Positions 1 to 11,324 of a stretch of 64,000 bases of DNA are shown piece after piece. Source of the stretch: Octopus sinensis (lineage: Eukaryota); contig NC_042997.1 of assembly GCF_006345805.1 (NCBI RefSeq), positions 103,416,001 to 103,480,000 of the forward strand, read 5' to 3'. The notes beneath the pieces are model-generated. The model saw nothing but the letters and a program-made list of their open reading frames with translations. It was not told where the DNA came from and did not search any database. Both the position numbers and the translations under genes were made by a program. Each line of letters starts with the position of its first letter. The stretch's first letter is position 1.

Positions 1-1301
1 GGATTCCATGCGATGACTGACGCCACAATCCCGTGACTGCAAAAAGAATTTCTTAATCATTCATCCATAGTCTCTCATGAGCATCACATACTACGCATCG
101 TCTCGACCTTTCAAACCCTATGGCATTTCAAGCCAGCTTGTCTAGTCGGAGCTTCTCAAAGCTCCGCAAGCACTTATTGAATCAAATCCCTTACCCCTTA
201 GTGACACATTAGCAAGTAACAAAATCTATCCTCTAAGTTATACCCCTTCAAATCCTCTACACAACCAAAACTCACAGCCCACATCTCCAAAGATGTTCAG
301 TCATAGCTGTGCTTCAATAACTCAATCATATAATAAATGTAGGAATTCATTTACTCTAACTGTAAACAGTATTCCGCAATGAAAAGCGTCACATTAGCTG
401 TCTTCATTGTAATCATCTTCAAATTGTATATTGTGAGCTAATCTCAAAAGCTTCCCTAAACCACTCCCTCATTCTCAGTATCACAAACAGTTATAATGTA
501 TTCCATTTCCGAGAAGCTCAACAGTTACCTACCACTTGCTCTCACTTACAATATCTCAAAGTTTGTAACGTTTGCTGTTAACAACTAGTTTCTGCAACAT
601 TTTGACTCCCTTTCGTTTTTGAATGACAACATTATGGAGAACGCTAGAATTTAGGTAGTTTACACCTGATGAATCGAGTCTGGGCTCCAGAATCAATTTC
701 TATTTTTGGAAAAAAGACAGTAAGGCGAAACCTAGGGTTTATAGCTCCTCTGGTAGTTGTATTTCAATAATTTAACAGATATAATCCTGTAAATTTTAGG
801 AATGAAGTGTTTATTATAATATTTCCGTATTTTCTCCTTTGTATTTAAAAGATCTCAAGCATATAACGTTGCGTCAACTGGTACTTGACGTCAGTGATGC
901 TTGCCCGGGTTGCTTGCACCTTCATACATCCCTGGCTCCCAATTTTATAAACCACTTTGTTTGTTCTGTGTGTCACATGTCATACACAGGCCATATCTCC
1001 TTGGCATCTCTGCATCATATATGATACACATTTTCAATTTATTTCAATCACCAGAGTAACTCAGAACCTATGAAAGGAAAGCTTTATATTACTCAGAACA
1101 TATGAAACAATGGCAAACAGAAATTCTGAAAACAGGCATGAACATGTGGGACAAACTTATGAAAATGTTTTGGACAGGCAACAGGATAACATTCCAGGAT
1201 CAGTATTGATTAATGTTTATTGTCACGAAAGGTTAAGTAACTATAGATCTTGTACGATTTCACAAGATGTGCATTCGTACAAGATCTACTATATGGGAAA
1301 G

Positions 1302-1613
1302 GTAGAGGCGCAATGGCCTAGTGGTTAGGGCAGCGGACTCGCGGTTGAAGGATCGCGGTTTCGAATCCCAGACCGGGCATTGTGTGTGTTTATTGAGCGA
1401 AAACACCTAAAGCTCCACGATGCTCCGGCAGGGGGTGGTGGCGACCCCTGTTGTACTCTTTCGACCCAATTTTCTCTCACTCTCTCTCCCTGTTTCTTGA
1501 GTAATGCTGCGATGGACTGGCGTCCCGTCCAGCTGAGAGGAACACATACGCCACAGAAATCGGGAAACCGGGCCCATGAGCCTGGCTAGGCTTCATAAGG
1601 GCGCATAAATAAA
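1302..1613 (+). mobile_element. tRNA-derived SINE, family C (tail variant with GATGGACTGGCGTCCCGTCCAG motif)
   Basis: A-box TGGCCTAGTGG, B-box-like GTTTCGAATCC; 11-bp TSD ATATGGGAAAG at 1291-1301 and 1614-1624. Confidence 0.85.
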
Positions 1614-2052
1614 ATATGGGAAAGAGACCCTACAGACTCATTATTTGCTTTTTGGCAAGAAGCAGACCTCATATGGAACACCACTGTTAGCAACTGTTTT
1701 TGCCTTAGCATACATCCTCAATGGTACAGTTGAAGTGGGAGTTAGTTCATATAAAGCTAAACGGAGTACGACACCGAAAAACCGTAATTTATTGGTATGT
1801 AATGTTTTACAACTGTGACATTCGTGTAGTCCAAGGAAGTTGCACCACTGACAAAGAGACTTTTGACTTCATAAGCGTCTCGTCTGTTTGAAGTATTAGT
1901 TGATGCTGATGAAGATGCCTGAATGTGCCATCGTCTCAACTACGTTTCCATTCGCGGCAGTGCAGTATGTTGAGTGCGTTGCATTACCTTAACAATTTTC
2001 AGGGAGCAATATTTGAGTCGCCTGACGCAGGGTATTATTAGCGAAATGAGCT

Positions 2053-2255
2053 AAGGCCGTGAGCTGGCAGAATCGATAGCACGCCGGGCATTTTGTCTGT
2101 CTTTACGTCCTGAGTTCAAATTCCGTCGAGGTCGACTTCGCTTGTCATCCTTTCGGGGTCGATTAAATAAGTACCAGTTGAGCACCGGGGCCGATGTAAT
2201 AGACTATTCCCCCTCCCCACAAAATTGCAGGCTTTGTGACTATAGTAGAAAAGAT
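2053..2255 (+). mobile_element. tRNA-derived SINE, family A (tail type 2)
   Basis: GAGCTGGCAGAATCG head, GAGTTCAAATTCC B-box; TSD-like TTATTAG(C/A)GAAATGAGC on both sides. Confidence 0.8.
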
Positions 2256-4599
2256 TATTAGAGAAATGAGCATGCCTATATATTTTGTTTAATTCATGGT
2301 ACCTTTACCATTTTCCCCTTCTTTTCCAGTTTATTTTTGTAAACTGTGTTCTTAAAAGTTATTAAAACAAGAATGAACAATCAATACATTTTTGTTCAAG
2401 TACAACGAAGGTGGAGAAAACACAATTGATTAATGAATGAATGAATGAATGAATCAATTAATCTATTTATGCATTAAACTAAGAATTATTTATGAACCAG
2501 TTTGATTGAATAATTAAAAAAAAGAAGTTGAGCGATGCTTGTTGTGAAGTGACACCGCAAAGTAATCTATTTGTTTTAATCGTCTGATACATGCGGTATC
2601 AGCTACATAACGGATCTGTACATAACATTATGTATGTATGTATGTATGTATGTATGTATGTATGTATGTATGTATGTATGTATGTATCTACGTACGTATG
2701 TATGTATGTAAAGCAAGGATAAACAAATATAGTAAATAAATAAGCTAACTTATATTCAGAACGTCTTTCACCTTTGCCCGTACGAGGTGTTTGTTGAATA
2801 CACATTGGCCGCTGACGGTGTCAAATAAAAGCTGAGACGTTTGCTTATGTCAATTCGTTTATTTATCATTTGGGATGGATTTTTTTTCTTCTAGCAAATC
2901 AGAAAAATGCTTCCCGGTATTTCTTCCGGCTTTATGTTCCGAGATCAAATTCTACTACTGTTTAACTTTGCCTTTTATCCTTCGGGTTCGATAAAATAAT
3001 TACCTTTTGATCACTGGGGTCTCTATAATCGACGTACTTCCTATTCTAAAATTTCTGGCCTTATATAAAAATTTGAAATCATTATTAGAGGGTAGCGACT
3101 TGGCAGGATCGTCGGGCAAAATACTTAGCGACATTTCTTCCGACTCCGAGTTCAAATTCTGCCGAGGTCAACTTTGCTTTTCATCTTTTTCGGGGTCAGT
3201 AAAATACGTACCAATAGAGCTCTGCTATACTGTGAACTCTGCTAAAAGCACCCAAGTTCAGTTAGAAGTGTTAAACCGTGAGGCGTATTAAGTTTACCAC
3301 GCAAGGTGAGCCCAATGATTCCCTATCTATATTAACCAAATGAGAATAAAAGCCCTACTTTCAACAGATATTGTAATATTGGACTCGTAAAAACAAATCT
3401 TCTACATGCTTGTAGAAGAAATATTCTAGTAAAATTAACGTGTTTGAACATATATATTTCAAGATAATTTTCAAAAGTAGAAGCGTCAAGTACATCTTGT
3501 ACGATTTTTATTAATCGAAACCTGACTGACCTTGGTTACGTAACATTATCACATTCATCATATTGCTTAGATCTGTGACGTCCTATTTTTTTCCTAGGAT
3601 TGTACCACATATTTTAAATAGAAAAGCCCCGGTAACAGACCAGATACTCAGAATTACTTGAATGATATTGCGTAGTAGCCACATTATAAATGGCAAAAAT
3701 GTATAGAATCAATTTTGATTTTATAACGCTCTTTACATATTTATACAAGACAGCTCAGATTTGGTAATTTTCCGAAGAACTTAATAATTAAGCTGCAAAG
3801 AGTAGATAGTATCAATAATTGTAAATGAAAGGGAAAATGTAAATGATCTCCGAACAAATGAGGAAGGGTTTATTCTGAAAGAAGCTGATCGTATTCTGAG
3901 TGGTAGCCAAAAAATTTTTTTTTCATATTTTCTGGTGTCTCTCTTCATATAAAATGACAACAACTATCGGTGACCATGGACCTTCATGGCAAAGTCTGAA
4001 CGTTCATGGTTTTTCTTAGTAAGCATACAGCAATAGTTTTGCCGAAGCCTTCTGCCAGTCTATTTACAGTTTACTCTACAAGTTTCCTGCTCTACCGAAC
4101 TTACCCTTGAGTCATTAGGTTTAGTTAAATCGTAGACGAGGAAACTGGTTAACGTCACATCAGAAAATGTCCAAACACAGGCGTATCTATTTGACACATG
4201 TCAAGGTACCGGCCCTTCTACAAGTCTTCTAGATCTTAGCCATAGAACCACCTTCTACTACTGGACCTATAAGTTGGTCCTTGACAGATACTATCACCTC
4301 AAGCCATTGCGGACTGTGAAGTAAAGGTAGCTCCATACTCCCCAAAACTTCTGAATTCTCGAATTAGATCCTTGTCACTGGATGTAGTTAAATGTCAACA
4401 TTCCTAAATAAGATAATGTTGAGAGAAATAAGAAATCACAGCTACAACGGTGTTATTTAATCAACATGGCTATTGCAAGTGTTATTTCTCCTTCAAAATA
4501 CTAATTCATAAGAATGATATTTCTATAGAGCACCACAAAATGTTATATCTGTAATCATGGGAGATTGATATCCACTCATCTTAGATTCAGAGAAATTCA

Positions 4600-4636
<37 letters not shown>

Positions 4637-4653
4637 TATTATTATTATTATTA

Positions 4654-5003
4654 TGTTTGACTTTTGCTTTGCATTTGTACAAGTTATCTCCAAGTCTCAC
4701 CCAGAGACCTCAAGAGACAAGTTAGATGTTCATGTTGGTGTTATGCCTAGGCTGCCATATATTTGGTTTTGTACATAGTGTTGTTATAGAGAATGTTTAA
4801 GAAACCATAAGAAAATTATGTGTTTGTTTTAAAATTTGAGATTACATAGAAAGTACTTTGCGTAGGATATGGGCAGTTCCCATGAGCACTATCTTTTGAA
4901 TTTCTGCCATTTTGAGGTTTCCTGGTATCTGAGCTAGGTAGCAATCAGCCCCTTTTGCTATCATTCCCAGGGCACCTATGACAAGAGATATTGTTTTAGT
5001 CTT
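4654..5003 (-). mobile_element. R4/Dong-clade LINE, short 3' fragment
   Basis: Encodes ...LVIGALGMIAKG...QIPGNLKMAEIQKIVLMGTAHILRKVLSM*, homologous to the C-terminus of the ORF at 28303-29115; followed on the minus strand by (TAA)n (4598-4653) and preceded by (GAT)n. Confidence 0.85.
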
Positions 5004-5048
<45 letters not shown>

Positions 5049-5263
5049 GTCATCATCATCATCATCTTCTTCTTCTTCTTTCAATTCTGTTTCCATTTCT
5101 TGCTGAGTGTCTTCCTGAAACCTAGGGCAGAGAAACTCACTGTATACATTGGTAGGCCATTGAAAAAAACACAGTAGATTGATAATTTACAAAGTCGTGA
5201 TAGAGAAAAGGGGGAAAAGACAGAGGAGAAAGAGGAAAAAATTAAAATTAAAAAAGTAAACAT

Positions 5264-5427
5264 AGGCGTAGTAGTGGCTGTGTAGTAAGTAGCTTGCTTA
5301 CCAGCTACATGGTTCCGGGTTCAGTCTCACTGCATGGCACCTTGGGCAAGTGTCTTCTACTATAGCCTCGGGCCGACCAAAGCCTTGTGAGTAGATTTGG
5401 TAGACGGAAACTGAAAGAAGCCTGTCG

Positions 5428-5474
<47 letters not shown>

Positions 5475-5680
5475 GTATGTGTGTGTATATGTTTGTGTGT
5501 CTGTGTTTGTCCCCCCCCCCACCATCACTTGACAACCGATGCTGGTATGTTAACGTCCCCGTAATTTAGCGGTTCGGCAAAAGAGACCGATAGAATGAGT
5601 ACTAGGCTTACAAAAAAATAAGTCCTGGGGTTGATTTGACTAAAACAAGTAAAAGAGTAAAAGAGTAAAGAAAATAAAGA
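5264..5680 (+). mobile_element. tRNA-derived SINE, family B (core ACCTTGGGCAAGTG, internal (TA)n)
   Basis: Same sequence recurs at 6483-6888(-), 34500-34902(+), 54875-55243(-), 59808-60200(+), 63843-64000(+) and as fragments. The central core resembles the Meta domain of MetaSINEs (recalled, not aligned). Confidence 0.85.
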
Positions 5681-6102
5681 GAAAAAAGGGACATTCACAA
5701 TGGCAGTACTCTTCTCAGGATGTGTGACGTACCAGTTAAGACAATCTTTTGCAATTCCTGCGTAGATAGTAAGCCAGTAATCATTCTTAAAAAATTGTCA
5801 GTTTTCCTTTATTATTATTATTATATTAACTTTAACTGCTGAACACGACGGACGTATTTTCGAACGTCCTAAATAAATCTTGTTTAAAACTTTAATTTAC
5901 ACCCGTTTGTTACCGTTTCTTTTTTCGTTTAAACATTGTTACAGCTTGTTAATAGAAATACTAAGGACCTGGTATAGGGTTCCTGTAGTTGTTTAGCTCC
6001 TAGCAGGGCTATATTCGGCCCCCAAATAAATTCGGTAGGCGTTTTAATTCAATATAAATAAATAAGAAGGCAGAACTCATCTTGGAAGAGTTAAGAAAAA
6101 AC

Positions 6103-6936
6103 GGATCTTTTCGGTTTGAACGGCAGTTTTTTCTACCGGTGTCATATGAAATTGTCACCCATAATTATGACCCTAGTGTCGATCTATTGCATTTCAATCT
6201 GTTTTAGGGTTAGGGTTAGGGTTAGGGGTAGGGGGAAGGGTATCTTTTTTTTCTTCACAAATGTAAATAAACCCAATCTGTTTCTTAAACGAGGGGCATA
6301 TTCATACGGCACAGAATGTTTCCACCTCAATAGACGTCATTGATTGTTTGAAATTGCAGAAATTGAAGAAAAAAAGCAATAAATATTTTACAAACTATAG
6401 AAATTTCTCAATAAAGCCAAGAGAAAAAGATGTTTTATAAACACATTCTACCAGTATACGAAGTTTAAAAGTGTTTAGTTACACTTTACACTTTTACACT
6501 TTTAGTTGTTTCAGTCATTTGACTGCGGCCATGCTGGAGCACCGCCTTTAGTCGAGCAAATCGACCCCGGAACTTATTCTTTGTAAGCCCAGTACTTATT
6601 CTATCGGTCTCTTTTGCCGAACCGCGAAGTGACGGGGACGTAAACACACCAGCATCGGTTGTTAGGCAATGCTAGGGGGACAAACACAGACACACAAACA
6701 CATATATATATATACATATATACGACAGGCTTCTTTCAGTTTCCGTCTACCAAATCCACTCACAAGGCATTGGTCGGCCTGGGGCTATAGCAGAAGACAC
6801 TTGCCCAAGATGCCACGCAGTGGGACTGAACCCGGAACTATGTGGTTGGTTAGCAAGCTACTTACCACACAGCCACTCCTGCGCCTATTTACGTGGAAAT
6901 TATTTTTAAAAACTGCCGTTCAAACCGAAAAGATCC
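6103..6936. mobile_element. MITE with 29-bp TIRs and internal (TTAGGG)4; interrupted by a SINE B
   Basis: TIR GGATCTTTTCGGTTTGAACGGCAGTTTTT at 6103 and its reverse complement ending 6936; telomeric repeats 6204-6227. Confidence 0.85.
6483..6888 (-). mobile_element. SINE B inserted into the MITE
   Basis: Full SINE B in reverse orientation splits the MITE consensus AGTTAC|GTGGAAATT that is intact in the copy at 15864. Confidence 0.85.
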
Positions 6937-7074
6937 AAAAAAACTGCCCCTCTTGAAAAACATTTTTTGAATACTGAAGATTTCCCTCAGTTACTGGCAA
7001 CATTACAGGAGATGGGGAGGAGAAAAGGAAGAGCAAAATATTCAAAGTAGTAGCAGGAGTGAAACCATTGGAAA

Positions 7075-7300
7075 CAGCAGTGACGGCAATGATAGCGACG
7101 GCGGTGACAGCAGCGGTGGCGGCGACAGCAGTGGTGGCGGCGACAACAGTGGTGGCGACAGCAGCGGCGGCGACAGCAGCGGCGGCGACAGCAGGAATGG
7201 CGACCAGCATTGGCTGCAACAGTAGTGGAGGCGACAACAGCGGCTGCGACAACAGCGGCGGCGACAGCAGCGGTGGGGACAGCGGTGGCAGTAGTAGTAA
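7075..7300. repeat. GC-rich degenerate minisatellite (15-18 bp units, GCGACAGCAGCGGCG-like)
   Basis: Visible tandem units; explains the Ala/Thr/Val and Gly/Ser low-complexity ORFs 6920-7397. Confidence 0.75.
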
Positions 7301-7306
7301 TAATTA

Positions 7307-7758
7307 TTTCTTTACTACCCCCAAGGGTCTAAACATAGAGGGGAAAAACAAGGACAGACAAACGGATGAAGTCGATTACATCGACCCCAGTGCCTAACTG
7401 ATACTTAATTTATCGAAGGCGGCGAGCTGGCAGAAACGTTAGCACGCCGGGCGAAATGCTTAGCGGTATTTCGTCTGCCGCTACGTTCTGAGTTCAAATT
7501 CCGCCGAGGTCGATAAATTAAGTACCAGTTACGCACTGGGGTCGATGTAATCGACTTAATACCTATGTCTGTCCTTGTTTGTCCCCTCTATGTTTACCCC
7601 CTTGTGGGTAATAAAGAAATAGGTACTTAATTTATCGACCCCGAAAGGATGAAAGGCAAAGTCGACCTCGGTAGAATTTGAACTCAGAACGTAACGGCAG
7701 ACGAAATACCGCTAAGCATTTCGCCCGGCGTGCTAACGTTTCTGCCAGGTCGCCGCCT
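7307..7758 (-). mobile_element. SINE A (minus strand) containing an antisense SINE A insertion at 7417-7623
   Basis: 15-bp TSD TACTTAATTTATCGA at 7402-7416 and 7624-7638 flanks the inner plus-strand copy. Confidence 0.88.
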
Positions 7759-8499
7759 TAAGTAGTAGTAATAATGTTAGCAAAAACAATGCATTTCAGA
7801 ACACAATGGATTTTAGCGAAGAAAATAATACTACATTTGAAGGCGCTGACGGCGGTGTGGAGAGTGGCAAAGGTGGAAGTGGCCATAACTCCACCACAAT
7901 CACCACCAACAGCAACATCATCAGCAGCAGTAGTAACAACAACAATAGCAGCAAAGTCGACAAACAATAACAAAAACAAGAGGTTTGTTTATGTAGCAAA
8001 CACACCTGTAGGGCCACTAGATACCTGTGAGCCTTCTGCCCCCAAAATTCGAGAGGTACGCGGCCACACCTGCAGCTTACAGCGCAACCCCACAAATGGA
8101 GATCTTTTAATAGAACTGCAACCTCAACCCCAACAACAACAGGGAAATGGGAAACCATACAACGGGAAAAACTACCCGCGGTATCTGTCAAACCAGTCCC
8201 CTCAGGCCATCTCTCAAGCATACACTCACACAAGACACACTCACTCTCCCCGAGGCAGCCCATACAGACACTAGCCATTACTCATGTAGTGTAGACGAGG
8301 AAGAACCCTGCAAAGCTAAAAACGCCCGAAAACACAGAAACCACCAACACATCGAACATAGACACAGCAAAAACAACACCAGCACTACCATCCCCACAAC
8401 CACTAATGCACCCACAACTACACATAGCTCCCTAAAAGAAAACTCACAGTCAATACGGAAACACCGAATTATATGCTCGTAAGGTGTCATCTGTACCGT

Positions 8500-9305
8500 C
8501 AACACAGGATCCATAAACAGGGCCCTAGATACTGGAATCTGAACGCGCCGTTCCCAGTGCACCAAGCTTTCGAGACCGAGTTAGCAAGTTAGTCTATCGA
8601 GAGTTGGCAGGCGAATCGTCAACAGCTGTTGGTGGATAGCGCTGAAAAGGGCTATTAGAGAAGAGGCGGTAGGTTTTCGTAAGGAAATAGCCCTAGAGGA
8701 ATATAGGATAGAGGGAAACCTAGTTAGGAAGCTGGAAGAGGTGCTTAGCAACCGACGTGCTAGCGGCAAGATTGACTTTTGATCAATTCTTCAATGTCAA
8801 GCATGAAGGTGCGTTGTCAGAGCTAGTGCGCGTGCACTGAAAGCTGTTCGATGGGTCCAGGGTGGCAGAGGCACTTCGTGGAAACAAAGACACATTTCGG
8901 TCTTTGGTGAGCTGTGATGGGCGCATAATGACCGAGTCAAAGCAGATGTAAGCGGAATTTCAGCGGTACATCGCCGAATTGTATGGGGCGTGCAGGGGTT
9001 CTGGAACGGTGGTGGATTTCACCTACTATCTCAGCCAGGTATTCGGAGTTCTGCGAAATACTGATAACAGCCGAAGATATACGGGACGTGATGAAGGCCT
9101 GCGCAAGATAGAAGTCTCCGAGGCAGGATGGTCAGTCCTTCGAGCTTTACTTTCATATGCCAGACTTGTTCGGTGGTCTCTTGGCAGGCGTCTACCACAA
9201 TGGGAAACTTCCCAGTGCTGTGAGCCGTGCAGTGGTGGTGCTATTGAAGAACGACCCGAACAAGTGGCTGGGAAGAAAAGGCAGTTTTCCTCTGTCTGGT
9301 GACTA
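8500..9305 (+). mobile_element. Tx1/L1-clade LINE ORF2 remnant (end of endonuclease, linker, start of RT)
   Basis: GPRYWNLN motif (~8520), WW..LK..I motif, then PG.DG...ELY..MPDLFGGLLA..YHNG.LP; same family as 26405-28166; frameshifts and stops. Confidence 0.8.
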
Positions 9306-9582
9306 TGGCGAAGGAGGTAGTGTGGTGGACGAGATTCAAAGGACTGAAGACAGATACTTTCCTCTGTGTTCAAATTCAAGGCGAAATGCTTGGTGGTATT
9401 TCGTCTGCCGCTACATTCTGAGTTCAAATTCCGCCGAAGTCCACTTTGCCTTTCATCCTTTCGGGGGCCAATAAATTAAGTAGCAGTGAAACACTGCGGT
9501 CGATGTAATCGACTACTCCCCTCCCCCAAAATTTCAGGTCTTGTGACTTTTGTCGAAAGGATCATTGTTATTATTACTATGT

Positions 9583-9950
<368 letters not shown>

Positions 9951-10537
9951 AGTTTGGAATACCTTTAACTTTAAATACTTTATCTTATGTAGACGGTTGA
10001 ATTGACGCCTGTCTGTCCCAGAATGATGAACTGTAAAAATCAACTATGACGTGATTTAGACCTAGATATGTATCTAACCAATCGAAAACACGCAATAAAC
10101 AAACTAAAGCAGCCATGAAAGGTCGGGGATGGGTGGCGTAATACCGTAGCTTTTGTATCTGCGAACCCTTTCTGTTGAGATAATAGATTAGAGTTTAGAA
10201 TTTGTACTTGCAGCGAAAGCTTAAATAGAAGCGATATTGATCACTAATGACCATGAGCTGGAGCTATAATTAATTAATTATTGTTATCTCATGTAATTAG
10301 TCAGCAACAGATAAATTATCCTTACTGTTGCTAAGGGACATGTTGAAAATCTGGAGTTATCCTAACAAGTGGCTAACAACATCACCAAGTTGTGCTGTTA
10401 TCAGCCTCTAGCGTTGCAGTATTTGTGTTTTGGTGCGGCTGATACACAATCCCCTAAACTATAATTTCCTCTCTTAAATATTTAACATATAGACTTTTAA
10501 TCCCCGAGACAACACAATTCATTTAATTTCTAACATG

Positions 10538-10760
10538 TTTCTTTATTACCCACAAGGGGCTAAACATAGAGGGGACAAACAAAGACAGACAAACGAATTA
10601 AGTCGATAACATCGACCCCAGTGCGTAACTGGTACTTTATTTATCTACCCCGAAAGGATGAAAGGCAAAGTCGACCTCGGTGGAATTTGAACTCAGAACG
10701 TAGCGGCAGACGAAATACCGCTAAGCATTTCGCCCGGCGCGCTAACGATGCTGCCAGCTC
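10538..10760 (-). mobile_element. SINE A (tail type 1)
   Basis: Near-consensus reverse copy. Other copies at 16515-16953 (tandem pair), 18405-18630(-) and 43666-43895(+). Confidence 0.88.
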
Positions 10761-11324
10761 AATAGTCTAAACAGGCTGCTTTCTGTGACTATCTACATTT
10801 TTCGTAAAGTACACACTCTGGCCCTTGTACAATGCACTAACCAGATCTTGTATTTTGCAGGACTACCTCATTGTTTCTGAGAATTAAAGTTGTATGGAGC
10901 AAGCTATAAATACTTGTTTTCTTTTCAACAAATTACTTCTGGACAATAATAATGCAGGTTAGCTGACTAAGATAAATTAATTTTTCCTTCTTCGCCTTTA
11001 GTGTGCAATTATTCATTCTGGTTTCAAAAGATTAGGTCGTAGAACTATTAACTCAACAAATTACACATCAATTTCCAATTCAGTACACCTTTGTTAAATC
11101 TCTGCCTCTTTTCCTTCCTTTTTTTTTTCTCATAGCTAAATCGCAATGCAATATCGTCTTACATAAGAATCAGCGACACGTCAGTGGCAAGATACAAAAT
11201 TGCAACTGCGTAAATGTAATTTCCGCAATTGTGTAGTAATCTTAATCATTCGGTCATTAATTACTACTGAAATGTGTCTATTCAGAAAAAAAAAAAGTAT
11301 TTCATAGGTCGTGAATGAGAATTA

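Noticed and set aside
664-732. CTGATGA ... GGCGAAAC, hammerhead-like
   Set aside because: No convincing stem II closing pair or stems I/III.
839-1024. ORF with FVCSVCHMSYTGHISLASLHH resembling a C2H2 zinc finger
   Set aside because: His spacing is one residue off, there is no second His at the proper distance, it is a single unit with no TGEKP linker; probably chance.
1305-1375. tRNA-like sequences (also SINE A/B heads)
   Set aside because: They continue into SINE bodies, are multi-copy and lack a complete cloverleaf; not tRNA genes.
3790-3950. Open frame IVNERENVNDLRTNEEGFILKEADRILSGSQK as a possible exon
   Set aside because: No good splice acceptor and no recognisable homology.
6204-6240. 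TTAGGG repeats as a chromosome end or fusion site
   Set aside because: Only four units, at the same internal position in three MITE copies.
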